DNA from: Mustelus asterias
Lineage: Eukaryota
Direction of reading: 5' to 3'
Assembly: GCF_964213995.1 (NCBI RefSeq)
Contig: NW_027590427.1
Coordinates: forward strand, 124,001 to 188,000
Length of the DNA stretch: 64,000 nucleotides
Shown here: one piece after another, positions 11,852-23,782 of the stretch
How the letters are laid out: each line of letters starts with the position of its first letter
Numbering within the stretch: the stretch's first letter is position 1
Position numbers and translations under genes: made by a program
Notes under the pieces: generated by a model
Told to the model about the DNA's origin: nothing
What the model saw: only the letters and a program-made list of their open reading frames with translations
Databases searched by the model: none

Positions 11852-12145
11852 ATTGCATTCCAATGCTCTTGACTGAGCCGCTGTGTCGAACCTCACAGGC
11901 AATTTTGGGGCATTCTGACTCGGTGATGGTTAACTGGCTGCTCAGGGTATAGGTTCCCTTTGTGTTTCTCACTGACGGGTAAGTCTTAAACCCATTGGTG
12001 ATCGGCTGCCCATTTTTCTTCCAGGTCAGTTTGGAGACATCTGGAGAGTAGTCCATCGCCAAACAGCCGTAGGTGATGGAGCCGTCGGGGTTGTGTTGCT
12101 GACAGGAGGAGACCAGGCTGTAGAGAGTGGGCGGAGACGGTGTCG
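11852..12145 (-). CDS. IGHM: Cmu1 exon ([35 protein letters not shown]...[18 protein letters not shown])
   Basis: 294 nt, acceptor TCTTTCCCAG|, donor T|GTAAGT, C1-set Cys/Trp/Cys pattern plus an N-terminal light-chain-linking Cys. Confidence 0.95.
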
Positions 12146-12224
12146 CTGGGAAAGAATAGTCGATTGAACAAGTTAGACTCTTGCGTTTATTAAGTCATCA
12201 AACATGTTTTTACAATTATGTTTC

Positions 12225-12375
12225 TATATTAGATAAAGCTCTTGGGGCTAAAGGGATCAAGGGATATGGGTAGTAGGTGTGATCAGGATATTGATGAGCT
12301 CTGACCAAAGTGAATGGCGGAGCAGGCTCAAAGGGCCGAATGGTCTACTCCTGCTTTATTTTCTATGTTTCTATC
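12225..12375 (+). mobile_element. CR1 3' UTR remnant
   Basis: GGGATCAAGGGATATGGG...GAATGGCGGAGCAGGCTC...TTCTATGTTTCTAT. Confidence 0.75.
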
Positions 12376-12670
12376 TCAAACTTTGACTAGAATTATGAAC
12401 TAATCCTAATATTTCCTGATCAAAACCTACATCCACCTTTGTGATTCTGTTATTTCTATCATCTGAGATCCGTCATCTCTGTAGAAACTCATATCCCTGT
12501 CTCCACCTCTATCAGATTAGAAAGAAAAAACATTCTGCTGTCCTTAAAATGACATATCATTCATTGGATTAACAGAGAAGAGCAAAGATTTTCTCCATTA
12601 TTGCAACCACTATTTATTTCTCAAACAACAGCACTTTGTGATGAAGAAGTTGTCTCTTCATTCATATCAT

Positions 12671-12790
12671 CCACTCACCTGATGAAGGAGCTCCAAAAGC
12701 TCGCAATTCCAAATAAACCTGTTGGACTTTAACCTGGTGTGGTCAGACTCCTTACTGTGCCCATCCCCACCTAACGCCGGCATCTCCACA
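12671..12790 (+). mobile_element. Second copy of the Penelope-like short element; hammerhead core degenerate (GAAA changed to AAAA)
   Basis: Reverse-complement match to 5731-5848. Confidence 0.7.
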
Positions 12791-13109
12791 TTGTAGTTTT
12801 GGAAATTGCCTGTGTTCAAACTGACATATACCCCTTCCTCTCTCCAACTCACTGTCCCTCACTCCACAAAACGAAGATTAGTGACTTTGCTTCAAAAATA
12901 CCTCCGTAATGAATACTTACTGAATGACCAGGAAACTCTAAATGTGATTATAAATTCAAATAATTGCAACATTGACTAATTGAAGGGTCATACATTAATA
13001 GCAAGAGTTGGCCATTCGGGCCCTGACGTCTCCTCCATCATTCACTGAGATTACAGATGATCTGATTGTGGTGCGAGCTCTATTTTGCACCTCCTCACTC
13101 CGCCTGTCG

Positions 13110-13790
13110 ATCACCCACTCCCTGCCCATTTTCCCCGACTCTCTGCCCTTTCCCCTGGCTCTTTGCCATTCCCTGTGGCTCTTTTCCCCTTTCACCCGGC
13201 TCTCCGCACTTCCACCTGGCTCTCTACACTTCCCTCCAGCTCTGTGCCCTCTCCCCCTGCTATCTGTCCTTTCCCTCAGCTCCCTACCCTTTCCCTCGGC
13301 TCTCTGCCCGGTGTCCCTGCTCCCTATCAACTTTGCCCTTTCCCCAGGCTCTCTGCCCTTTCCCCCTGACTCTCTGCCTTTCCCACTGACTCTCCGCCCT
13401 TTCCTCTGGGCTCTCTTGCCCTTTTCCTCAGCTCTCTGTCCTTTCCCCGGCCTCCCTGCCCTTTATCCTGGCTCTCTCCTCTTTCCCTGGTCTCTCTGCC
13501 CTTTCCCCCATTTCTCTGCCCTTTGTCCTGGTTCTCTGCCCTTTCACCTGGCTCCCTGCCCTTTCGATTGGCTCTCTGCCCTTTCTCCTGGCTCTCTGCC
13601 CTTTCTCCTGACTCTCTACTCTTTCCCCCGGCTCTCTGCCCTGTTGCCCGGCTGTGGGCCCATTCCCCAAGCTCTCTGCCCTTCCCCCCCGGCTCTCTGC
13701 CCTTTAGCACGCCTCCTGTTCTCCACGGCTCTTTGCCATTGTCCTTGGCCCTGAGCCCCCAGGGATTCCCCCCTGCTCTCCACATTCGCA
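13110..13790. repeat. ~20-bp minisatellite, ~30 copies; sense-strand consensus CCAGGGGAAAGGGCAGAGAG
   Basis: Plus strand CTCTCTGCCCTTTCCCCTGG repeated with variation. Confidence 0.9.
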
Positions 13791-13867
13791 GGGCAACTCC
13801 CACATTTTAACACCAAACTGCCGCTTGAGATCTTTCTTCTCTCTCGTTGCAGACCTCCACACACAGG

Positions 13868-15365
13868 TTAGCGAGTGTGAGTGAGAGAATGTGAGTGCGT
13901 GAGGGTGAGTGATTGAAGGAGTGAGAGTGGATGAGTGATGGCGTGTGAGTGACGGAAGGTGGGTAACTGAGGGTGAGTGAGTGAAGTTCTTTCAGTGAGG
14001 ATGAGTGATTGAGGGTGAGTGAGTGAGTGTGGGTGAGGGTGAGAGAGCGTGAGTAAATGAGGGTGTGTGAGAGAGGGTGGGTGAGTGAAGGTGGCTGAAT
14101 GTGTGAGTGAAGGTGGGTGAGTGAGTGTCGGTAAGAGAGAATGAATGAGGGTGAGTGAGTGAGGATGCGTGAAGGTTAGTGAAGGTGGGTGAGTGAGAGC
14201 GAGTGAATGAGGGTGAGGAGTGAATGTGACTTAGTAAGTGAGGGTGAGAGAGTGAGTGAGTCAGGGTGTGTTATTGAGGGTGGTGTGTGAGAGTGTGAGG
14301 GAGAATGAATGCGGATGGGTGGATGAGTGAAGGTGAGTGAGTAAAGGTGTTTGACTGAGGATGAGTGATTGAGGATCTGTGAGTTAGGGTGGGTGAACGT
14401 GAGTGATGGTGAATATGTGAGGGTGTGTGAGTGAATGTAGGTGCGTGAGTCTCAGTGAGTTTGAATGTTTGAGGTGGCGTATGTGAGAGAGAGAGGGTGA
14501 TTGAGCTTGAGTGTGTGGGGGTGCGTCTGGGTGAGTGAGGGAGGATAAGTGCGGTGAGTGAGTGAGGGTGAGTGAGAGAGATTGAGACTGGGTGAGTGAG
14601 GGAGGGTAAGTGCGGTGAGTGAGTGAGAGTGATTGAGACTGGATGAGTGAAGGTGGGTAAGTGGGGTGAGTGAGAGTGAGTTAGACTGGATAAGTGAGGG
14701 TGGGTAAGTGGGCTGAGTGAGTGAGACTGGGTGAGTGAGGGTGGGTTAGTGGGATGAGTGAACGAAGATGACTATGAGTGTTGGTGAGTGACTGAGGCTC
14801 TGAGTGAGTGACTGAGGGTTAGTGAGTGAGGTTGAGTGAGTGATAGCGTGTGAGTGTGGGTGACTGAGTGACAGTGAGTGAATGAGGATGAGTGAGTGAG
14901 GGTGTGCGAGGGCGAGTGAGTCTGAGTCAGTGAGTGAGTGCTGGTGAGTGAATGAGGGTGTGAATGTGAGTGAATGAGGGTGAGTGAGTGAGGATGGGTG
15001 AGAGTGAGAGAGCGAATGTGTGTGAGTGATTTTGAGTGAGTGAGGGTGTGAGGGTGAGTGACTCAGGGTGAATGAGGATCAATGAGTTTCTGAGGTTGAG
15101 TGCGTGAGATTCAGTGTGTGAAGTTGAGTGTATGAGATTGAGTGTGTGAAATTGAGTGTGTGAGGGTGGATGAGTGAGCAAGGGTGAGTGAGTTGGGATG
15201 AGTGAGTTGGGATGAGTGAGTTGGGATTTGTGAGTGGGGATGAATGAATGAGAGTGTGTGAGCGAGGGAAGGTGGGTAAGTGAGGGTGAGTGAGTCAAGT
15301 TCTTTGAGTGCGGATGAAACATTGAGGGTGAGTGAGTAAATGTGGTTGAGGGTGAGAGAGTCAGT
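13868..15365. repeat. Degenerate (TGAG/GTGAGGGT)n array, ~1.5 kb
   Basis: GTGAGTGAGGGTGAGT throughout; almost no C on the plus strand. Confidence 0.9.
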
Positions 15366-15994
15366 GGGCCACCTCCACCTCTTCCTCTCCATCGATCTTT
15401 TCCTGATTCTCCACATTGATCAGCTTTCTGTAACAGGGATGTGTAAATCACCGGGCAGCTGCTTTAATGTCGGTGTCTTTCTTCAAGAAACACGTACCAG
15501 TGAACAAATAGTCAGACTGAGGGAGCTGTAGGGAAGCTGACAGCAAAACTAGGATGGGTCGCACAGGAATCAAACACCAAGTTTACACCAGTATTGGGGA
15601 GCCAGGCGGCCCTGGTCTCAGCCAATTCCCTTCTTATTTTTTGGGTGTTTGTGTCCGGTGTAACACATGGAAATTCCAACTTCTGACCTCATGTTGGAGG
15701 GTATTGTCACTGTTGAAGCAGTAGAAGATTGTTGGTCCCAGAACAGTCCCCTGCCGAAATCCTGCAGTGAAATCTGAACTTAGATGTTTGACCTCCAACC
15801 ACCAATACCATGTTGCTTTGTGCTAAGTATGACTCCAAACAGAGAAGAATTTCCCGCCGATTCTTATTGACTAGTTTTACTCGGGCCCCTTGATCCCACC
15901 CTCATTCAAATGCTACCGGGGTGGGGGTGGGGGTGGGGGTGGGGGGGGGGGGCTATCGGGGTGGGGGGGGGGTATCGGGGTGGGGGGGGGGCGG

Positions 15995-16315
15995 TGGCGG
16001 TGGCACGGTGGCACAGTTATTAGCGCTGCTGCCTTAGAGTTGGATTCCCGACTTGGGTCACTGTCTGTGTGGAGTTTGCAAGTTCCCCCCGTGTCTGTTT
16101 GGGTTTCCTTAGGGTGCTCCTGTTTCCTCCCACAGTCCAAAGATGTGCGGGTTCGGTGGATTGGCCGTGCTAAATTGCCCCTTAGTGTCAGGGGGACTAG
16201 TTAGGGTAAATACATGTGGTTATGGGGATAGGGCTTTGGTGGGATTGCTGTTGGTGCAGACTCGATGGGCTGAATGGCCTCCTTCTGCACTGTAGCATCC
16301 TATGATTGTACTCTA
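15995..16315 (+). mobile_element. tRNA-derived SINE in the J-C intron; related copies at ~2223-2475(-), 28880-29185(-), 35990-36303(-), 40983-41125(-), 43070-43365(-), 48150-48650(+), 50955-51235(-), 56180-56500(+), 57314-57550(+), 63743-64000(+)
   Basis: Shared GGCACGGTGGCACAGT head and CACTGTCTGTGTGGAGTTTGCA...CCCACAGTCCAAAGATGTGCGGGTT core. Confidence 0.82.
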
Positions 16316-16339
16316 TGGTGTCAAGGACAGACACTCTGA

Positions 16340-16545
16340 NNNNNNNNNNNNNNNNNNNNNNNNNNNNNNNNNNNNNNNNNNNNNNNNNNNNNNNNNNNNN
16401 NNNNNNNNNNNNNNNNNNNNNNNNNNNNNNNNNNNNNNNNNNNNNNNNNNNNNNNNNNNNNNNNNNNNNNNNNNNNNNNNNNNNNNNNNNNNNNNNNNNN
16501 NNNNNNNNNNNNNNNNNNNNNNNNNNNNNNNNNNNNNNNNNNNNN
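16340..16545. other. Assembly gap (206 N)
   Basis: Run of N. Confidence 0.99.
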
Positions 16546-17077
16546 TGATAGAATGCGTTTGCACGTGTGTGAGACAGTGGGCTGTGCGTGCAAGAGGAGA
16601 GAGTGTACGTGAGAGAAAGGGTGTGTGAGATAATGTGTGTGTGAGAGACAGAATGTGTGTTTGAAGAATTATTCTTTGTGTGTGACAGTGTGTCTCTTCT
16701 TGAAAATGTATGTGTGTGGAGGGGCGGGGAGAGTGTGTGTGTGGGGAGTCTGTGTGAAAGAGTACTTCTGTGTGTGATTGTGTGTATGTTGATGTGAAAG
16801 GGAGTGTGTCTATTTGAGATACACGATGTCTGTGAAAGAGAGTGTGTGTGCCTGAGAGGGAGGGTATGTGTGTGGGAGAGTGTTGTGTTCATGTGAAAGA
16901 CAGTGTGTGTGAGAGGGAGTGCCTATTGGAAAGCAAAATAATATGTTCATCAGTGTGTGAAAGTGTGCATGGGATGGCGTGTGAGTGAGAAAGATATGTG
17001 CAATGTGTGTGGGAGATAGAAGCAATGTGGGGTGTTTGAGTGTATGTGTGTGTGTGAGTGTGAGTGTGTGTGTGTGT

Positions 17078-17108
<31 letters not shown>

Positions 17109-18140
17109 GAGGGGCGGGGAGAGTGTGTGTGAGCGAGAAAAAGTGTGAAACTTAGACAGAGTGGATGCGTGAGTGTGTGTGAGTGAATTGACTGTTGAGA
17201 GAACATGTGTCTGTGATAGGTGGAGTGTTTAAAGAGAGATACATTGTATATACATGTGTGTTCGTGTGTAAGAGAAGGAGAGACTGTGTGAGAGATTGTG
17301 TGCGTGTGAAAGAGAGGGTGTTTGTGAGAGACAGTGTTTGAGAGCAAGGTTGTGCATGTGTGAGATAATGTGTAAGGGACTGAGCGTGTGAAAGAGAGAG
17401 AAATATGTGCCTGTGTGAGAGAATACGTGTGCAAGTGTTCGTATGAGTGAGAGAGAGCATGGGAATGTGTGTGAGACGAAGTGAGAGTGTACGGAAGAGG
17501 GAATGTGAGAGGGATAGTGCATGTGTGTGTGTGAGAGAGAGAATGTGTGCGCGAGACTGTGCTTATGTGAGAGACTGTGTCTGTGTGTAAGAATGTGTGT
17601 TAGAGTGTGTGCATGTTCTATGTTTGTGAGAGAGTGATTGTGAGAGAGCCAGTGTGTGAGAGCAAGAATGTAGAGGTGTGAGATAGTGTGCGCAAGAAAA
17701 ATAGAAATATGTGCGTGTGTGTGAGAGCGAGAGATGCGTGTGCAAGAGGAATTGTGAGAGAGCATGTGAAGAAATGTGAGACAGCTTGAGCGTGTGTGAC
17801 AGAGAGTGGAAGAGAGAGAGTGCATGTGAGAGTGCGTGCGCGAGAGTGTGAGACTGTGCTTATGTGAGAGTGTGTGTCTGTGTATAAGAGAGAATGGGTG
17901 TGTGTGTGGGGATGTGAGCGCTTTTGTGTATGGGGATGTGAGAGATTGATGGAGAGAGCGAGACGATGTATGTATTTGTATTGAGAGAGTGTATGAGTAA
18001 CGTGAGAGAGAGAATGTGTATGGGTGTGTAAGAGAGACCGTATGAGAGAGAAAGTAAGTGTGAGTATGTATGTGTGTGTGTGTGCATGTGTGAGAGAATA
18101 TGAGAGTATTTATGTGTGTGAGAGTGTGTGATGTGTATAA
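16546..18140. repeat. Degenerate (TG)n/(AG)n tract in the J-C intron
   Basis: Low-complexity TGTGTG/GAGAGA sequence. Confidence 0.9.
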
Positions 18141-19232
18141 GTTTCTATTTGGCTGATTCAGTCTGGAAAACACACTCACTCCACACATACTCACCCATTC
18201 ACACAGTAAGTGGGAGTGACAAGTGAGCACAATACGGAGCGCGGGCCAAGGGTTGGAAAAACATTTAAATCTTTCGCAATTCGTCGCAATTGAATAATTT
18301 CCTCTTTCCTCAATGAGGGAAACCTGTAAAAACTCAAGAAATTTGACACAATCCAGGGCAAAGCCACCCACAGGATTATCCGCCCCCTCATTCACCCTAT
18401 TCTCTCTCTCCATCACTAACAAGCAGTGACAGCAGTGTGTATTATATACAAGACGCACTGCAGCAACTCACCAAGGCTCCATAGTAAACACTGTCCAAAC
18501 CCGTTGCCTTTATATCCTAACAGGATAAGGGCAGCAGCCACATATGAACACTACCACCTGCAAGCTCCCCTCCAAGACACACACCATCCTGACTTGAAAC
18601 AATACCTCAGTTCCTTCTGGGTCAAAATCCTGGAACTTCCGCCTAACAGCACGGCGGATGCCTGCAGCATATTGATTGCAGTTATTCAAGGATGCTTCAT
18701 ATCAACACTTTCTCAAGGAACAATTATTGATGATTAAAGCTTCTGGCCGAGCAAATGACTCTAAAATAGCTTTAGAAGATTAAAAATAAGATGCAAATGA
18801 ATTTGAACCTTCAACTGTCATACCAAACAGGTCATGGACTGCTTTACTACGGAGCATAATATAGTAAATCTCACTTTGTATTTGCTCATCGAACATTCCC
18901 AAGGCCGGTACATGACTGGTTAAAAATCATCCAAATCTCCCTCTACAATCTGACGTTTCTGCTCTCTCTGATGGTCACAATATGCTTTAGGGATCTCATT
19001 TCTGAGACGCCGAGCCAAACATCAAGTCAAACTGTCACATTTCTCACAGATACCAGTTTATTGAAGAAATAAATCAAATTTCACTCCCTGAAATACAGCA
19101 GAAGGAACCAGCAGTTTTACAACCAGTCAGGCAGTTTCCTGGCCCCAACACGGTGACCACGCGCGCAGAAACAGAACAGACACAAACGGTGCAACAATCG
19201 ATTTTCCAGCGGGTAGGGATGATCAATCAGTC

Positions 19233-20790
19233 AATTTAATTCAAACTGTTTGATTCTAATTGATCAATGATCAATTTACAACAGAAAATCAATAACCTCT
19301 TTTAAATAAAACTGATATTCATTTCAAAACTCCTGTCGATTTTTCATTATGTCTCTCTGTCTGTCTCACTTCTCGAAAACTATGTAAAAATGTAATTTCG
19401 CTGAAAATTAGGAATCAAAAATAACAGATTCAGGACAGTTCAATGTCCCCGACAGAGATACAGTGACACAGTAAGGATTAAATAAACCAAGAAACATTTA
19501 CATTGAAAATCATTACCTGATTCGATCTAATTTCTTAATTAAATGTAATCAACAAAATATTCGAGGTAAAACACCTTATCGAGCTAAGCATAGCTGATGA
19601 AAGAAAGGTTTTGTTTCTGAATTCATTTTCGATACAATTAAACATTCTCTGAAACGGATGATACTTTGCACGCCCGTGCATTATTCAAGGTATTTTGTTT
19701 TGAATTAATTAGCACCAATATTATATTTTGTTTTGTTAATTGCCGGTTACTTTTCCTGTTAGCTGATTTGTACTCCCTAATAAAATCAATTTTCAATCAT
19801 TCAAAACTTTCCCTGCCTCGAACATTGTGAAGTAATTAGGTTCCAATTAAATCTTAAACAATAAACTTCAAATTACTGAATGGAAAGATTCAGACATCTG
19901 TAATTCATTTGCTTCAATCGAATAACATTGTCATGTTTTTTCATTTCCACTTTTACTCCAAATGCCTTATTATAACCTGCAAACGTGTTAAGAATGCATG
20001 TTTCTGAATTTGTATACACTGTAACGGCCTGGCAGTTTGAGGTCAATGAAGCTGCTTCCTAGATTTAATAATTTGGACCATCCATATAATTTAATTACTG
20101 AACATATTGTTTAAATTAAGAAGTTCTGAATTAAACAATGAAAAACACAATGAGGACAATTGATTCAAATCCTCTGCAACACTGAAACATGATGCACAAA
20201 ATAAGTCGAGACTTTTTCTTCAGTATAACATTTAATACTAATTAAACATAATGCTCAAATAGAATCAATTCTTCCATTCTGTCATTTATTCATCCAATAA
20301 TTCTATTCTATGTTCAGCAGTAATGGGAGACAGGATGTTATTATTAAATGCAGAGCAAATATTACTAATATAAAAATATTATAATATTATAAAAAATTAA
20401 TTATTTGAATTTCAAGTATTAAATTGTAAATCTCTAGCCAGTTTCTGTTGACACCTTACGACAATTCAAACACCATTATATGAACAATTGTTTAGTGTGA
20501 GCGAATTCCACCTGTCAGAAAACTGTGTTCACTCTGTCACATTTATTCAAACTGTGGGATTCTAATTGATCAATTTTCAAACTACAACAACAAAAATCAA
20601 TAACTTATTTTAAATTAAACTGATATTCATTTCAAAATTCCCTTCGACTTTTAACTATTTCTCCCTGTCTATCTCAAATCTCGAAAACTAGGCAAAAAAT
20701 ATTTTTTTTTCTGAAAATGTGCACATCAGATATAACCGATCCAGGGTAGTGTAATGTCCCTAACAGAGATACAGTGACGCAGTAAGAATT
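19233..20790. repeat. ~250-bp direct duplication in the J-C intron (19233-19480 and 20541-20790)
   Basis: TTCAAACTGT..GATTCTAATTGATCAAT...AAACTGATATTCATTTCAAAA...ACAGAGATACAGTGAC.CAGTAAG in both copies. Confidence 0.85.
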
Positions 20791-20940
20791 GTAATTCATG
20801 ATTTACTTTAATCTGCAAGCATCAGTTAACATGAATAAAATGCTCAAATATATATTTGTTTTATTTTTTCCGATACCAGTTTGTTTTATCCTGACAAGGA
20901 TGTTTAAACGCAGTTTGTTTTTTTCATTTAGCTAGAAAAA

Positions 20941-22810
20941 GTGTAACCGCTCAGGATCACCGAGTTGAAACAATACAGAAACAATTGATAAACACCAAAC
21001 CATTTCACAAATTTTGAGATGAGATTAGTGATTAATTATCTCTGCATCCAACTACAAATTACTTGGAAGGAATGCTGCGCCTGCACAGAAACAATGTAAT
21101 AATCGGGCACAAAAATTGCCAAATAGCGTTTTATTGCCAATTATTCTCCAAAACTCAGATTTAAGTGAATGCGAACTTCATCGGGGATATAACAATTAAT
21201 GCAAAGTATCTTGTTGAACTGAGCGCTGCTGTGGAAACAGCATGTTATCATGGAAATAGTTTCTGGAATTATCACAAAATATTTCCAGCCGAGAAACTTT
21301 TTTGGTCATGTTAATTGTATGCAAAACACAGCAGAACTATTAAAGCCGATTAACGCGAAATGATATTAATAGAAAATAATCTTTTGTGAATATGTAGTTA
21401 TGTTACCGATTAATAACAGTTTGATTTATATTAATTTTACTATCAAACTTGTTAATGAGAAGTTTGTTTTTGCAGCAACTACTTAGTGTCCGATTGAGCG
21501 TTGTAAGACATGATTTATTTTAATTTCTAAGAGTTAGTTAAAATTTATAAAAATGCTGTAATACCTTTATTTTATTTCTTTCACAACCTGCTTATTTTCT
21601 CCCTACAAGGATTTTCAAACTCATAGATTATTTGCATTTAACCAGAAAACGTGTAACCGCTCAGTGCCACCGAGTTTAAGCAATGCAGAAACACCAAAAC
21701 ATTTCACACATTTTAAACCTTCTTAGTGACCCAACAACAGAACCTCCTCAACAGAAACACACCAAAACACATCAATGAGGGAATGAATCCGTTTCACGGG
21801 GACGCAACTCAATTATCCATTCAACAAAATCAAAAATATGATTGCAAGGAAATCTCAATATTCAATCCAGCAAACCAGCTCGTCACCAAGTATATGAATG
21901 ATTGAACTAAACAGAAATTTGGAATAAGAGCAATAGCATTGCGAGGAGGTGGAATATGTCCAACAAATTGATATTGAAATTTTACCACATTCTATTCATA
22001 TTGGGTCATATTTCAAACAGATTTCAAACATATTTAAATATTGGGTGGGTAAAAGCTGCAGCCGTCAGATGCCACCGAGGTTAAACATGGCATGTATCCC
22101 AAATTATGAATGCAGTGGCAAACTATGTTTTGGACGAGTGGCATAAACCATGGTTTGGTTTAACCTGCAATTATCAGCTACGATTTAAAAAAATACAAAT
22201 ACAATAAAGCCTGCCTGATTTCTGTCTGCAGGCACGCGTCAAGTAGTTTAAAACCCGCAGACTGTTTGTATTCAATCACAGTGTGGAACAGCTCAGTGTC
22301 ACCGAGTGTAAACAATGCAGAATCTCCGAACCATTTCACAAATTTTACTGATTCAAAGTCACCCAGACAGACAACCTCCTCACCAGAAACACGCAGCACT
22401 GAGGGACTGAACCCCGGTTCATGCAGAAGCAGCTCAATTCTACAAACAGTTGCAACAGAATCAAATTTCACATTGGCAGAAAATCTCAATTTAAAATCCA
22501 GCCAATCTAACCATCACCAAAGCAACTAATAATTAAAATGAGCACAACAATGAGATAACAAAACCAGATTGTGATTAAGCGGAACATGTTTGCAACATTA
22601 AAGCAGAAACTTTAACACATTTTGTTAATATTGGGTTAGATTTCAAACACTTGTGCAGTAGATGGTGCAACTCGCAGCCACTAGATGTCACCGAGATTAA
22701 ACATTGAAGAAACGCCGAACTGCTTAACAAAAGGAAGGCATTTAAAGTAACCCAGCCACACAATGTCCTCAGCAGATACACACCAAATCACAACAAGAGA
22801 CTGAATCACT
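20941..22810. repeat. Degenerate locus-specific repeat 3' of JH (units at ~20941, 21651, 22055, 22281, 22670)
   Basis: Shared core ...CACCGAG..TAAACAAT.CAGAA...CATTTCACA; 21651-22090 parallels 22281-22710. Confidence 0.75.
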
Positions 22811-23007
22811 CAGTATCACCTTTTGTCAATTAACAGTAGAATTCTATAACCCCCATTTTAAGCAGGATCACATGAAACATTGTAAAGATTTTCAGCACAG
22901 AATCAACCAAACCACATTACATTGAACGAATGAATTAATAAAATCGAGAAAAAGTATAAAACAAAAACTCAAATAAAACACTGCCTAAATAAATGCATGG
23001 TTCTTAC

Positions 23008-23055
23008 CTGCAGTCACCGTCACCATGGTCCCTTGTCCCCAGTAGCCCATGTCGT
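23008..23055 (-). CDS. IGHJ: JH segment DMGYWGQGTMVTVTA
   Basis: WGQG motif and phase-1 donor CAG|GTAAG. Confidence 0.96.
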
Positions 23056-23094
23056 CACAGTGTCACATTCTCTAGGCTGGGTCATACAATAACC
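23056..23094 (-). other. JH recombination signal, 23-bp spacer
   Basis: GGTTATTGT - 23 nt - CACTGTG immediately before the J coding start. Confidence 0.93.
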
Positions 23095-23413
23095 ATCTCT
23101 GCACAAAATAGACAGAAATCCATCAGTATTTTAAAAATTCACAAGCCAGAGGGAAAGCAAATTTTCATGAAATTATTATTGTACTGGTGGATACCGTTCG
23201 CTCTACATAAATAACCTGAATGTTTTATATTTCATAGAGGGTCACATGATCAAGTTATTGAAAACACCAACTGATAATTAAATAGTTATCATAAATTTTC
23301 CATATTAATTCTCGCTATTTGTGTAGTGCTGGGACATAAATAATACAGCACTGTAAAGAATGCTGGATTGGAAAACAGAGCACTGCCCCAGTCTCGGTCA
23401 ATTAGTGCTGAGG

Positions 23414-23482
23414 GGTTTGTGTATTGACAGTAACTGCTGTGCCACCCCAGTTATCACAGTGAGACACAGCATGACAAATACT
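23414..23482 (-). other. IGHD: D2 segment ATAACTGGGGTGG (23442-23454) with 12-RSS on both sides
   Basis: AGTATTTGT-12-CACTGTG [D] CACAGCA-12-ACACAAACC. Confidence 0.94.
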
Positions 23483-23782
23483 GTGCCCGACTCCTAACTG
23501 TTTAATTTCACTGCTGTCTCAAAAATCTGATTCTGCCTCATCCACGAGCGAATGAGTGAGATATTTCAGCTTGTCCTGGTCATTGTATTTATAAAGGGGA
23601 TCGGAATGCTTTTAAACTCTCTGTGTAGATTTAGCATATCGGTAAATATAGATTTTACGGGAAGATTTTTATACCTTTTCACAAACTAATATTACTTCCA
23701 CACATTATTTCACTGAAGCCTCGTTTACTTTGAAAATCCTGCTGTGGTACTGATTACCAATTTGAACAATTTTTTTTCTTGA

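Noticed and set aside
12676-12705. Second active hammerhead
   Set aside because: GAAA box mutated, helix II loop deleted, and antisense to the mu transcript
13008-13864. 248-aa Pro/Leu-rich ORF and overlapping ORFs on both strands
   Set aside because: By-product of the 20-bp minisatellite
17229-18458. 409-aa His/Thr/Ser/Leu-rich ORF and similar ORFs at 5418-7404 and 14927-15451
   Set aside because: Translations of CA/TG simple repeats that lack stop codons; no domain signal
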